Below are positions 8,984-18,464 of a DNA stretch of 64,000 nucleotides, piece by piece. The DNA comes from an uncultured Chloroflexia bacterium (GTDB taxonomy: Bacteria; Chloroflexota; Limnocylindria; Limnocylindrales; CSP1-4). Each line of letters starts with the position of its first letter. Position 1 is the first letter of the stretch. A model generated the notes under the pieces. It did not search any database. It saw nothing but the letters and a program-made list of their open reading frames with translations, and was not told the origin of the DNA. The stretch lies in NCBI GenBank assembly GCA_963698595.1, contig CAVORL010000002.1, forward strand, positions 80,555 through 144,554. Reading direction: 5' to 3'. The translations under genes were made by a program, and so were the position numbers.

Positions 8984-9048
8984 TGCGCTGACTGCTTCAG
9001 CCAACCCGAGGACGCGCGGATGCAACCGACGCACCAGCAGCCCGCGCC

Positions 9049-10275
9049 GTGATGCGCGGCCAGGAGGCCCCGACGACGCGGCGTGTCGACTTCGTCGCAT
9101 ACGCAGGCTTCGCCGTGATCGGGTGGTCGATGCTCCTGGTCCCCTCGCTGGTCCGCGCCATCAAGTCCGACTTCGACCAGACCGACGCCGGGCTCGGGCT
9201 CCTCTTCTTCGCGACCGCGCTCTTCTTCGCGGTCGGCGCCTTCCTTTCCGGGGCGCTGGCAGGGCGGCTCGGCCGGAGACGCATCCTGCCGGCAGCGGCA
9301 CTCCTCCTCGGCGCCGGGCTGGCAACGGAGGCTCTCGCACCTTCCTGGACGGTGTTCGTGGTGGGGGCGGGCCTGGCCGGCGCAGGTGCCGGGACGCTCG
9401 ATGCAGGGCTCAACGGCGTGGTCATGGATCTGTCGGTGACGGGGCGCGGGAGCGCCCTGAGCATGCTCCACCTCTTCTACAGCGTCGGCGCGCTCACCGC
9501 CCCCCTCGCTGTCGGAGCGACCGTCGGCGTCGGCGTCGACTGGCGCGTGCCCATGCTCCTCACCGGCCTCATCGCGGTCGCGCTGGCCGTCCCGATGCGC
9601 ATCGCAGGCGCCGTCCCGGCCCGCCCGCGGCGCCAGCCGCGAGGCGACACCCTGCCCGCAGGTACCGGCGGCCCGACTCTCCGCCTTCCCCTGGTGGCCC
9701 TCGGCGTCGCCGTGGCGTGCTACGTCGCGGCGGAGGCGGGCGTGTCGAGCTGGCTCGTGGTGTTCCTCGCGGAGGAGCCCATCGGCGCGGCGACGCTCGC
9801 CCTGGGGATGTTCTGGGCGGGGCTCGCCGTCGGCCGCCTCGTGGCGGCGCGGATCGCGGATCGGTTCCCGGCACTGCCATTCGCTGTCGCATGCGTGGCC
9901 ATCGCGGCAATCGCCCTCCTGGGCGGCATCGTCGCGCCCCCCGGGGCCTGCCGGATCGCACTCTTCGCGCTCGCCGGGTTCGGGCTCGGGCCGATCTACC
10001 CGATGGTCATGACCGTGGCGGGAACGTACTACCCGCACCGCGCGGCGGCCGTCAGCGGCATGCTCACCGCCGCGGGGGTCGGCGGATCCGTCGTCTATCC
10101 GCCGCTCATGGGCGTGGCGTCCGGGGCTGTCGGGCTTCGGGCGGGGATGCTCGGCGCGGTCGTGCTCCTGCTCGCCACCGGCGCGGCCGTCGTGATGGCT
10201 GGGCGGCTCGCTGGCCGCCTCGATGGAGTCCGGGCCGAGCCAGAGCCCACGACCACCAGCGAGGCGCGGGACTAG
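9049..10275 (+). CDS. MFS transporter
   Basis: 408 aa with about 12 hydrophobic segments. MFS loop motif GALAGRLGRRRILP between TM2 and TM3. GTG-ATG at the start (ATG at 9052). Confidence 0.85.
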   Translation: MMRGQEAPTTRRVDFVAYAGFAVIGWSMLLVPSLVRAIKSDFDQTDAGLGLLFFATALFFAVGAFLSGALAGRLGRRRILPAAALLLGAGLATEALAPSWTVFVVGAGLAGAGAGTLDAGLNGVVMDLSVTGRGSALSMLHLFYSVGALTAPLAVGATVGVGVDWRVPMLLTGLIAVALAVPMRIAGAVPARPRRQPRGDTLPAGTGGPTLRLPLVALGVAVACYVAAEAGVSSWLVVFLAEEPIGAATLALGMFWAGLAVGRLVAARIADRFPALPFAVACVAIAAIALLGGIVAPPGACRIALFALAGFGLGPIYPMVMTVAGTYYPHRAAAVSGMLTAAGVGGSVVYPPLMGVASGAVGLRAGMLGAVVLLLATGAAVVMAGRLAGRLDGVRAEPEPTTTSEARD

Positions 10276-10414
10276 GGCGATTCCCGGCCCGAGGGTCCTG
10301 TCGGGAGCCGGGACCATGCAGCCGTTTGACGGATCGCGGCCCGGGGGCGAAGGTTGGCCTCCGCTCGGCCCGTGGCCGGGCGACTCGTGCCACGCGACCC
10401 TAGAGAGCCACGCC

Positions 10415-12727
10415 GTGACCCGAACGCGTCCCTTCCGAGCGATCCCTGCGGCCCTCCTCGCGCTCCTGCTGGCTGCCTCCGCCGCGTCCGCCGCCGAGCC
10501 GCCCGTGCCCGCGCCTGTGGATCTCGGGTCGGCCGACCCAGCCGCCGCGGGGCCGGACGACCCGACGCCGGAGGGCCGCGTCATCGTCGTCCTGCGCGGA
10601 GGCACGAACACGGAGACCGCCGCAACCCGTGCCCGCGGACTGGGCGCCCGCGTGGACCGCACGTTCCACAACGCGATGCGTGGCTACGCGGCAACGCTCA
10701 GTCCCGGCCAAGCCCGGCGACTCGCGCGCGACCCGAGTGTCCTCGCGATCGTGCCGGACGAGCGGATCACCGGGGAGGACACGCTGGCGGCCCAGACAAG
10801 TCCGACGGGCGTGCGGCGAGTTTTCGGCAAGCTGAGTGCGGCCGCGCGGATCGACGGCATCGACCAGCGCGTCGACGCCGACGTCGCCATCTATGACACC
10901 GGGATCGACCCGACGCACTCCGACCTCAACGTCGTCGGCGGTTACAACTGCACCGGCTCGAACCGGGCGAACTGGATGGACCAGCACGGTCACGGGACCC
11001 ACGTCGCCGGCACGGTGGGCGCGATCGACAACGGGAACGGCGTCGTGGGTGTCGCTCCCGGTGTCCGGCTGTGGGCCGTGCGGATCCTCGACGCGAAGGG
11101 CGAGGGCTACCTCTCCGGGTGGCTGTGCGGTCTCGATTGGATCGCGGCCCAGGCCGACCCTGCCGACCCATCCCGCCCCCTCATCGAGGCGGTCAACATG
11201 TCGGTCACCCGCTGGGGCAGCGACGACAGGAACTGCGGCGCCACGAACGGCGACCTGCTCCACCAGGCGATCTGCAGGGTCACCCAGCGCGGCATCACCG
11301 TCGTGGCGGCGGCGGCGAACGACAGCGGGCCCTCCTCGAAGCGCGTGCCGGGCGCCTACAACGAGGTGATCACGGTCTCGGCGCTGGCCGATACCGACGG
11401 GAAGCCGGGTGGCCTTGGCGGAAACCGCTGCTGGAGCTGGGGCAGCTACGACGTCGACGACACGTTCGCCAACTTCTCGAACTACGGCGCCGACGTCGAC
11501 CTCATCGCCCCCGGCAAGTGCATCTGGTCGACCACGCGCGGCGAGTCCTACGGCTACTCGTCCGGGACTTCCATGGCAGCCCCGCATGTCACCGGTGCCG
11601 TCGCCCTCTACCGGGCCTCGCGGCCGGGTGCCACCAACTCCGAGGTGAAGTGGGCGCTCAAGTACCTCGGCAACCGCGACTGGAGGTCGTCGACCGACCC
11701 GGACGGCACGTCGGACATCCTTCTCGACGTCGGGCGGATCGCCCCGCTCGCCGACTTCACGGCGACGGCATCCCCACCGGCCGACGGCCTGATCGCGAAC
11801 GAGGCGGGGGCGACGTGGTCGGTTCCTCTCGCGCTGACACGCGATCCCGACTTCATCGAGCCGGTCTCGCTCTCCGTGGTCGGCAACGAGAGCCCGCTCG
11901 GCGCCGCGATCACCGGCACCTCCACCCTGTGGGGCGCGGCGTCCGCCGGGACCCTCGCGGTCACGGTCCCTCCGGCCACGCGCGCCGGCACCTACGAGAT
12001 CGTCGTCCGCGCGGCGTACCGGACCCTGCGCGTCCACCTCGTCGGCGTGTCCGTCCTCGTCGAGAACGAGCCGCCCGTCGCGTCGCCCCCGACCGCCTCG
12101 CTCGACCGCGGCAGCCGCGCCGGGAAGTCCGGCGTCCCGCTGCGTCTTGCGTGGGCGCCGGCCACCGACGCGTCGCCCATCGCCGGCTACCAGCTCGGAG
12201 AGGTCAGCGGTCTCCAGGCGATGGCCGTCGCCGCGACCACCGGGACGACACGGACCACGACCCGCACGATCCCATACGCGACCTCGCGCTCCTATGCGGT
12301 CAGGGCGAAGGACGCCCCCGGGAACACGGGGCCCTGGTCGGCAGCGTCGACGGCGCGCGTGATTAGGGTCCAGGAATCCAGCCCGGCGGTCCGTCGAAGC
12401 TCCGGCTGGACGAAGGTAAGCGCGACCAGCGCGCTCGGGGGCAGGTTCCGCTACGCGACGAGTGCGGGCTCCTGGATCCGCACGACGTTCACCGGGTCGG
12501 GGATCGCCGTGGTCGGACGGAAGGCACCCAACCGCGGCCGGGCCGAGATCCGGATCGACGGCGTGCTCGTGCGGTCGGTGGGGGCGCATGCGAAGAAGCT
12601 CCGGACGCGCATTCTCCTCTACGCGGGCAAGGTCGATCCGTCGCGCCCGCACACGATCGAGGTCCGCGTCGTCGGCACGGCGGGCCACCCGCGGTTCGAC
12701 GTCGACGCCTTCCTCGTGCTCCGCTGA
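10415..12727 (+). CDS. Secreted S8 (subtilisin-family) serine peptidase with C-terminal Ig-like and beta-sandwich modules
   Basis: Catalytic triad motifs IYDTGID, HGHGTHVAGTV and GTSMAAPHVTGAVAL. The track ORF opens at 10223, inside the MFS gene. An in-frame GTG at 10415 gives the signal peptide VTRTRPFRAIPAALLALLLAASAASAAEP. An alternative ATG lies at 10316. Confidence 0.85.
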   Translation: MTRTRPFRAIPAALLALLLAASAASAAEPPVPAPVDLGSADPAAAGPDDPTPEGRVIVVLRGGTNTETAATRARGLGARVDRTFHNAMRGYAATLSPGQARRLARDPSVLAIVPDERITGEDTLAAQTSPTGVRRVFGKLSAAARIDGIDQRVDADVAIYDTGIDPTHSDLNVVGGYNCTGSNRANWMDQHGHGTHVAGTVGAIDNGNGVVGVAPGVRLWAVRILDAKGEGYLSGWLCGLDWIAAQADPADPSRPLIEAVNMSVTRWGSDDRNCGATNGDLLHQAICRVTQRGITVVAAAANDSGPSSKRVPGAYNEVITVSALADTDGKPGGLGGNRCWSWGSYDVDDTFANFSNYGADVDLIAPGKCIWSTTRGESYGYSSGTSMAAPHVTGAVALYRASRPGATNSEVKWALKYLGNRDWRSSTDPDGTSDILLDVGRIAPLADFTATASPPADGLIANEAGATWSVPLALTRDPDFIEPVSLSVVGNESPLGAAITGTSTLWGAASAGTLAVTVPPATRAGTYEIVVRAAYRTLRVHLVGVSVLVENEPPVASPPTASLDRGSRAGKSGVPLRLAWAPATDASPIAGYQLGEVSGLQAMAVAATTGTTRTTTRTIPYATSRSYAVRAKDAPGNTGPWSAASTARVIRVQESSPAVRRSSGWTKVSATSALGGRFRYATSAGSWIRTTFTGSGIAVVGRKAPNRGRAEIRIDGVLVRSVGAHAKKLRTRILLYAGKVDPSRPHTIEVRVVGTAGHPRFDVDAFLVLR

Positions 12728-12745
12728 GGAGCCGTCCGGACCTCC

Positions 12746-13462
12746 CTACCCGCCGTACCCCGCCACGAGCCGGCCGATGACGACGCCGGCGATCGCCGCG
12801 GCGGCGGCGATCGCGAGGGTCTGGAGCACGGTGGCCGCGATCCCGGCCTGCGCGACGCGCGCACGCCCGACCCCGAGTGCCACCAGCAGGAGCGTCGTCA
12901 CGACGATCGACACGGCCCGGGCGTCGTCGAGCGGCAGGAAGACGAACGGGAGGACCGGAGTGGCGGCGGCCACGAGGTCGGCCGCGAACATCCACGCCGC
13001 GTGGACCGATGGCGACTCGCGTGGGGCGGCGCCGATCCCGAGCTCGATCGAGCACACGAACTCCAGCATGGCTTGCGGGTTGCGGCTCAGGGCGGCGCCG
13101 GTCGTGGCTGCCTCGGCCTCGCTGAACCCCTCCGCGCGGAGGCGCTGCTCGATTCGCCGCCGATGCGCTTCCGGATCCGCCGCGATCGAGCGAGCGGCTT
13201 CCGCGCGCAGAGCGATCGCCCGGTCACGGGTGGATTGCACGTCGAGGTAGGTCCCGGCCATCATCGCAACGGCCCCCGCCGCGGCCCCGCTGGCCCCCGC
13301 CAGCAGCACGACCCGCGCGTCATTCGTGCTGGCGGCGACGCCGAAGACGAGCCCGGCGATGGAGACCGCGCCGTCCTCCATGCCGAAGGCGATGTCGCCG
13401 ATCGAGGCGTGCAGGCTGGCTCGCAGGCGCTTGAGGGCGGACGGAGACGGCGTACCGGACAT
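12746..13462 (-). CDS. VIT1/CCC1-family iron/manganese transporter
   Basis: The last 238 codons of track ORF 12746..14011: MSGTPSPS..IGDIAFGMEDGAVSIAGLVFGVAAS...AGTYLDVQS plus C-terminal TM helices. The upstream 183 codons are Arg/Gly-rich junk. Confidence 0.8.
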   Translation of the reverse strand: MSGTPSPSALKRLRASLHASIGDIAFGMEDGAVSIAGLVFGVAASTNDARVVLLAGASGAAAGAVAMMAGTYLDVQSTRDRAIALRAEAARSIAADPEAHRRRIEQRLRAEGFSEAEAATTGAALSRNPQAMLEFVCSIELGIGAAPRESPSVHAAWMFAADLVAAATPVLPFVFLPLDDARAVSIVVTTLLLVALGVGRARVAQAGIAATVLQTLAIAAAAAIAGVVIGRLVAGYGG

Positions 13463-13602
13463 CCGGCCCAGTATCCCCGCCACGGCGAGCGCCTGCGGCG
13501 CCCCCGCGCACAGCGGGTGAAGCCAAGCGACCGATGCATGCCGGGGCGCCCCGACGGCCCGGCGACCGAGAAGGTGCCTGCCTCGGCCCGCTCGGCGTGC
13601 GA

Positions 13603-14589
13603 TCAGGCAGCCGGCGGTTCCGAACCCGGGAGGATCACCGGCTGGTCCGGCGCAGCTCCTCTGACCTCCAGCGTGACGCCTCGGAGAGCCCACAGCAGGC
13701 TCGCCGACGCGAGCAGAGCGCCCGACGCCTGCACGGCCATCGCGAAGAAGAAGGCGCGCGGAGCCTCGACGGCCTCCGCGAGGCTGCCCGCCGGCCCGCG
13801 GGTCGCCCAGGCGTAGGCGAGGAATCCCAGCGCGGCGAGGAAGAGGACCATCGCTCCGGCAAGTAGGAGGCGCGCGATGAGCCGCCCCGAGCCCGTGTGC
13901 CACGAGCGTCGTGGCATCGCGCCTCGCGTTGCCGCGAGGAAGGCCGCGACGAGGCTTGTCCAGGCCAGCGCCACGAGGATCGCCCCGATGCCGTCGCCGA
14001 GACGATGCCAACCCGCGGTGAGGGTGCTGATGCCGACGATGCCGACATAGGCCGCGCCGCCGAGCGCAGCGAGGGAACGAAGGCGCCGTGGCGCGACAAG
14101 GAGCGCTGCGAGCGCCAGCGAAGCGGCCAGCGTCACGTGACCACTGGGAAAGCTGTTGCCGTACGCGTACGCGTCCGGCCCGACGAGGTTCGGACGCTCC
14201 AGGATGGTTTCCTTGAGCAGCTGGGCGGTGAGGTTCGCCCCGGCGATGGCGGCCACGACGCCGCCCGCGAGGAGCGGCCGACCGACCGCGAGAGCGATCC
14301 CGGCGAGGCCGAGCGTCGCCGCGACGGCGACGGCGAGGTTGAGAGTGCCCAGCGCACGCCAGGCGAGCTCGATCGCGGCGACACTCCGGGGGCGCCCGAA
14401 GAGGACCAGGTCATCGAGCGCCTGGCCCACGGGCGTCAGGACCGCCACGACGTAGAGGGCGCCGACCAGCAGCGCGGATAGAAGGGACAGCAGGACGAGC
14501 CGGCGCGCGCTCTGCCCGACGGTGGCGACGGGCGTCGCGGTCCCGCGAAACCGCGGACGCTGAAGTCGCAACGCGAAACGGCGGACCAT
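13603..14589 (-). CDS. PAP2-family phosphatase (membrane)
   Basis: PAP2 motifs KETILERPN, FPSGH and AGWHRLGDG within a polytopic protein. The track starts at TTG 14595; an ATG follows two codons later at 14589. Confidence 0.75.
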   Translation of the reverse strand: MVRRFALRLQRPRFRGTATPVATVGQSARRLVLLSLLSALLVGALYVVAVLTPVGQALDDLVLFGRPRSVAAIELAWRALGTLNLAVAVAATLGLAGIALAVGRPLLAGGVVAAIAGANLTAQLLKETILERPNLVGPDAYAYGNSFPSGHVTLAASLALAALLVAPRRLRSLAALGGAAYVGIVGISTLTAGWHRLGDGIGAILVALAWTSLVAAFLAATRGAMPRRSWHTGSGRLIARLLLAGAMVLFLAALGFLAYAWATRGPAGSLAEAVEAPRAFFFAMAVQASGALLASASLLWALRGVTLEVRGAAPDQPVILPGSEPPAA

Positions 14590-14659
14590 GCGCAATCCTA
14601 GGCCGACCGCGCTCCCGCGGCGCGGCCACGCGCAGCCCGGGCCGGCCTCGCGCGGGGGC

Positions 14660-15076
14660 CTACCTCGCCCGGACCCGGTTGTTCCGCGGCTGGTGCTCCA
14701 GCTCGACGAGCCCGAGGGCCTCGAGGAGGGGTGGGAGGTACATCCCGAAGCGACCTCGGTAGCCCTTGCGCAGGCCGTACCAGCCGCTCACGGGATTGTC
14801 CGAGGAACGGCCCCAGGCTTCCACGGTTCCGACGGCAGCATCCTTCTTCTCGTCAGCTGCGCCGAGCGGCATCCAGTCCCCGTGCGCCTTCAACATGGCG
14901 TGGAGATCCTCGATGGCGCTGAGGTGGTAGCGCAGCTGGGTCGACCCGACCTGACAGACGAGGGTCGGCGGGTCGGCCGCCTCATCGCGCCACATCTGGT
15001 ACTCCGATCCCCCGCTCGGCGTCTCCAGCACCCATGGGTCCTCGCGCGTGCCGTTGCCGCGTGGCATGTCCGACAT
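14660..15076 (-). CDS. Conserved hypothetical protein (138 aa)
   Basis: Starts at MSDMPRGNGTREDPWVLETP (codon 79 of track ORF 14660..15310), with GAGGAGGGAG immediately upstream. Globular, non-repetitive composition (..HAMLKAHGDWMPLG..GWYGLRKGYRGRFGMYLPPLLEALGLVELEH). I recognise it as a widespread uncharacterised family. Confidence 0.65.
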   Translation of the reverse strand: MSDMPRGNGTREDPWVLETPSGGSEYQMWRDEAADPPTLVCQVGSTQLRYHLSAIEDLHAMLKAHGDWMPLGAADEKKDAAVGTVEAWGRSSDNPVSGWYGLRKGYRGRFGMYLPPLLEALGLVELEHQPRNNRVRAR

Positions 15077-15266
15077 GGCTCCCTCCTCGACGTTGATGCG
15101 CACCCCCGGCGCGGACGCTCGCACGAACCATACCGCGGACGCTCGGGCGAAGCTCCAGGTCGCGGGCGTGGCGAGGGGTCGGCCTCGCGCCCCAGGCGAG
15201 GGTGCCGGCCGGCCGTCGGCGTCCCGGGCGAGCCGCAGTACCATGACGCCCGATGGAGGTGCGACG

Positions 15267-15536
15267 ATGACGACGCTGCACGACCCAGCCGAGGCGATCG
15301 GGACCATCACCCACTACTTCGGCCACCTCAACGTGGCCTCGGTGAGCCTGACCGCACCGCTCGACGTGGGCGACCGCATCCATGTCCTGGGCCACACCAC
15401 GGATCTCATCGAGACGATCGCCTCGATGGAGATCGACCACGCGGCGGTGACGCGGGCCGAGCCCGGCGACGACGTGGCGATCAGCGTGGCGGGGCACGTT
15501 CGGGAGCACGACCGGGTCTTCCGCGAGCCCGCCTGA
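15267..15536 (+). CDS. Small EF-Tu-domain-2-like beta-barrel protein (translation elongation factor-like protein)
   Basis: 89 aa: MTTLHDPAEAIGTITHYFGHLNVASVSLTAPLDVGDRIHVLGHTTDLIETIASMEIDHAAVTRAEPGDDVAISV. GGAGGTG lies 5 nt upstream of ATG 15267 (codon 74 of the track ORF). Confidence 0.55.
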   Translation: MTTLHDPAEAIGTITHYFGHLNVASVSLTAPLDVGDRIHVLGHTTDLIETIASMEIDHAAVTRAEPGDDVAISVAGHVREHDRVFREPA

Positions 15537-15609
15537 CCGGGGCCTCGGCGAACCGCCGTCCGCATGCGCCGCGCCCTGATGGGCGCCCGGCCCGCGTCGC
15601 GACGAGCGA

Positions 15610-17448
15610 CTACCGGAAGTCGCGGTCGAGCCGAATGGGCAGAGTCCGACCGCGGATCGTCGCCCCGCGCAGGGCGCGCATCACGGCGTCGACGACGTCC
15701 CCCGCCACGTCGACGAGGGAGAAGCTGTCCGCGATCTGGATCGCCCCGATCGCGGCCCCCGGCACGCCGGCCTCCGCGGTGATGGCGCCCACGAGGTCTG
15801 CCGGCCGGATCCCGGCTCGCCGGCCACCGCCGACGTAGAGGCGGACCCACGGGCCGCCGGGCGGCGGGCCCGGTCGCGTGACCCGTGGCGGAACCGCGCG
15901 CCCCCCCGGAAGCGGGGGCGGACGATCGCGGCCGGACGAGCGATCGGGATGCGCCACGCGGTCCGGGCGAGCGGGGCGCGGCGGCCGATCCTGGGGCAGG
16001 ATCGCCGGCGAGATCTCCACGTCCGCGTCGTTGCCCGTCGCGCCGGCGTCGAGCAGCGCAAGGGCGCCGAGCGCGATCTCGACGGTGTCGTACTCGTCGG
16101 CCAGCGCCTCCACGACAGCTCGATACCGCTCCAGGCTGCCCGGCACGGCAGCCCCACCCGAGGCCCCACTCGCCGCCTCGTCCCCGCCCCCCGTCAGCCG
16201 CTCACGCAGGCGCGTCAGGAGGAGCTCCAGGCGGCGCTCGCGGAGGTCGGCCACGCTCGGCACGCGCGCGCGCTCGAGACGCGTCCGCGTGGCCACCTCG
16301 ATGTTCCCGAGGAGCCGGTGCTCGCGGGGCTCAACGAGCGTGATCGCGGTCCCCTCGCGCCCGGCCCGTCCGGTCCGCCCGATCCGGTGCACGTAGGCGT
16401 CGGGCGAGGAAGGAACATCGAAGTTCACGACGTGAGAGACGTGCTCGATGTCGAGGCCGCGGGCGGCCACGTCGGTGGCGACGAGGACGTCGAGGGCACC
16501 GTCGCGGAAGCGCCCCATCACGCGGTCGCGTTGCTCCTGCGACAGGCCGCCGTGAAGAGCCGCCGCGTCGTGACCGCGCCCGCCCAGCGCCTCCGCCAGG
16601 TTGTCGACCTCGAAGCGCGTGCGGGCGAAGACGAGCGCAGCCGTGGGATCCTCCACGTCCAGAATGCGGCCGAGCGCCGCCAGCTTGTCGGCGCGGCGGA
16701 CGACGAAGACAAGCTGCCGGACCTTGGCCGGCGCCTCCTCCGTGACCCGTTCCGGGCGGACGGACACGCGGACCGGCTCCCTCAGGTGGCGCGCGGCGAT
16801 CCGGGCGATCGTGGGGCTGATCGTGGCCGAGAAGAGCGCTGTGAGGCGCTCCGCGGGGGTCGCGGCGAGAATCGTGTCCAGCTCCTCGGCGAAGCCCATG
16901 TCGAGCATCTCGTCGGCCTCGTCAAGGACGATGGCCTCGACGGCATCGAGACGCAGGCTGCCTCGCGTCAGGTGATCCACCGCCCGCCCGGGCGTCGCCA
17001 CGACCACGTCCAGGCCGCGCCGCAGCCCCCGCAGCTGCTGGCCGATCGGCTGTCCGCCGTAGACCGGCAACACGCGGGCGCCGAGGCCGCGACCGTACCG
17101 GTGGATCGCCTCTGCGACCTGCATTGCCAGCTCGCGGGTGGGCACGAGCACGAGCACGAGCGCCGTGCCCGCCGCGGCCCTGCCCAGGCCGCCGGTCGTG
17201 AGTCGCTGGAGGATCGGCAGGGCGAACGCGGCCGTCTTGCCCGTCCCCGTCGGGGCCTCGGCCAGCAGGTCGGACCCGGCGAGCAGTGGCGGGATCGCCT
17301 CGAGCTGGATCGGCGTGGGCTCCTCGTACCCGAGGGCCGCGAGCGTCTCGAGCAGGGCGGGCCCCAGTCCGAGGGCGGCGAAGGTCGGGAGAGAGTCCGG
17401 GAGGGCAGAGCGTTCCGGGTCGGCGCCCGGCAGAAGCGATTCGGTCAT
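15610..17448 (-). CDS. DEAD-box ATP-dependent RNA helicase with C-terminal DbpA-type RNA-binding domain
   Basis: 612 codons starting at MTESLLPG inside track ORF 15610..18624. Q-motif FAALGL..PTPIQ, Walker A AEAPTGTGKT, the DEAD box VLDEADEMLDMGF, SAT, and HRIGRTGRAG. C-terminal ..VRLYVGGGRRAGIRPADLVGAI.. Confidence 0.9.
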   Translation of the reverse strand: MTESLLPGADPERSALPDSLPTFAALGLGPALLETLAALGYEEPTPIQLEAIPPLLAGSDLLAEAPTGTGKTAAFALPILQRLTTGGLGRAAAGTALVLVLVPTRELAMQVAEAIHRYGRGLGARVLPVYGGQPIGQQLRGLRRGLDVVVATPGRAVDHLTRGSLRLDAVEAIVLDEADEMLDMGFAEELDTILAATPAERLTALFSATISPTIARIAARHLREPVRVSVRPERVTEEAPAKVRQLVFVVRRADKLAALGRILDVEDPTAALVFARTRFEVDNLAEALGGRGHDAAALHGGLSQEQRDRVMGRFRDGALDVLVATDVAARGLDIEHVSHVVNFDVPSSPDAYVHRIGRTGRAGREGTAITLVEPREHRLLGNIEVATRTRLERARVPSVADLRERRLELLLTRLRERLTGGGDEAASGASGGAAVPGSLERYRAVVEALADEYDTVEIALGALALLDAGATGNDADVEISPAILPQDRPPRPARPDRVAHPDRSSGRDRPPPLPGGRAVPPRVTRPGPPPGGPWVRLYVGGGRRAGIRPADLVGAITAEAGVPGAAIGAIQIADSFSLVDVAGDVVDAVMRALRGATIRGRTLPIRLDRDFR

Positions 17449-17643
17449 GCGCGCAGCGTACTCCGCGTCGCGTCGTCGGCCTGCCGCAGCCTGTTCGGCG
17501 CGTGGCGCGTCGTCGCCACGTCGGGCCGGACGCGCCCACATCCCGGGGCCGGGCGGTGCCACCGGGCACCGAACGAGACCAACGCCGCCCGTGGCCGGTA
17601 CCACCAGAGTGTCGCGGGAGCGCAGCACGCCCCTATCGTCGAG

Positions 17644-18456
17644 GTGTGGCGCAGCCGCTGGGGGAGTGCGCCCGCGTGGAGTGCACCGGTGGACCTCGGG
17701 ACCCAGTTCTGCGAACGGTGCGGCCGGGACCGAGACTCGTTCGCCTCCGGCAGGAATGCATACCTCGATTGCCCGGCGTGTGGCGCGGCCTGCTGCGCCG
17801 ACTGCTGGAACCTTCTCGAGCGCGCGTGCCTTGCCTGCGCCCCATTTCGCCTCACGGACGCCACCGCCCGGCCGCGGATCGTGATCCCGGCGACCCCGGC
17901 AAGCCTCCCGGCCGCTGCCGGGTCCGATCCGTACGCTGACCTCCGTATTGACACAGCCGCCATGGACACGTGGTCGTTGCGACCCGCGGCGCGGCGGCGC
18001 GCCCCCGATGCACCGCCCATCGGTGACGCTCCCTCGCTGGCCCCAGACGCCTGGCGCGCGGCCGTCGCACAGCCCGACCCGCCGCCACGAGGCCCGCGCC
18101 GCCGCGCCCGAAGGATCGGTCTCGCGGCCTCGGCGGCCTGGCTCGTCGTGGGGGCGCTCGCGGTGGCCGCCCTCGGGGCATCGCCGGGAAGCCTCCCGCC
18201 GGCAGCCGTCGAGATGGTCGCTTCGCCCACGCCCACTCCCACGGCTGCTCCAAGCCCGACACCACGGCCAGCGCGCAAGCCGCGAACCGCCACCCCGAAG
18301 CCAGTCGTCGTCCCGGGAGTCGTCACACCGCCCACTCCGCGACCGACACCGAAGCCGGTCCCGAGGCCGACCCACCGAACACCGAAACCGGTCGTCGTCC
18401 CGCCGCCACCGGCGCCGACTCCCGACCTGGGCCCCGAGACGACGCCGGGCTCCTGA
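17644..18456 (+). CDS. Hypothetical zinc-ribbon / single-pass membrane / proline-rich protein
   Basis: Only the C-terminal 270 codons of the 835-aa track ORF look real. Cys pattern FCERCG..17 aa..CPACGAACCADCWNLLERACLAC, then a TM helix IGLAASAAWLVVGALAVAAL, then a PT/PK-rich tail. The only in-frame start upstream of the Cys cluster is GTG 17644, with a weak RBS. Confidence 0.45.
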   Translation: MWRSRWGSAPAWSAPVDLGTQFCERCGRDRDSFASGRNAYLDCPACGAACCADCWNLLERACLACAPFRLTDATARPRIVIPATPASLPAAAGSDPYADLRIDTAAMDTWSLRPAARRRAPDAPPIGDAPSLAPDAWRAAVAQPDPPPRGPRRRARRIGLAASAAWLVVGALAVAALGASPGSLPPAAVEMVASPTPTPTAAPSPTPRPARKPRTATPKPVVVPGVVTPPTPRPTPKPVPRPTHRTPKPVVVPPPPAPTPDLGPETTPGS

Positions 18457-18464
18457 GCTCGTCG

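Noticed and set aside
10400-12688. 762-aa minus-strand ORF
   Set aside because: It is a mirror-frame shadow of the S8 peptidase gene.
15949-17640. N-terminal roughly 560 codons of the 835-aa plus-strand ORF
   Set aside because: It is antisense to a DEAD-box helicase with all canonical motifs. Its translation is Arg/Gly/Pro/Asp-rich low-complexity sequence, typical of off-frame reading in high-GC DNA.
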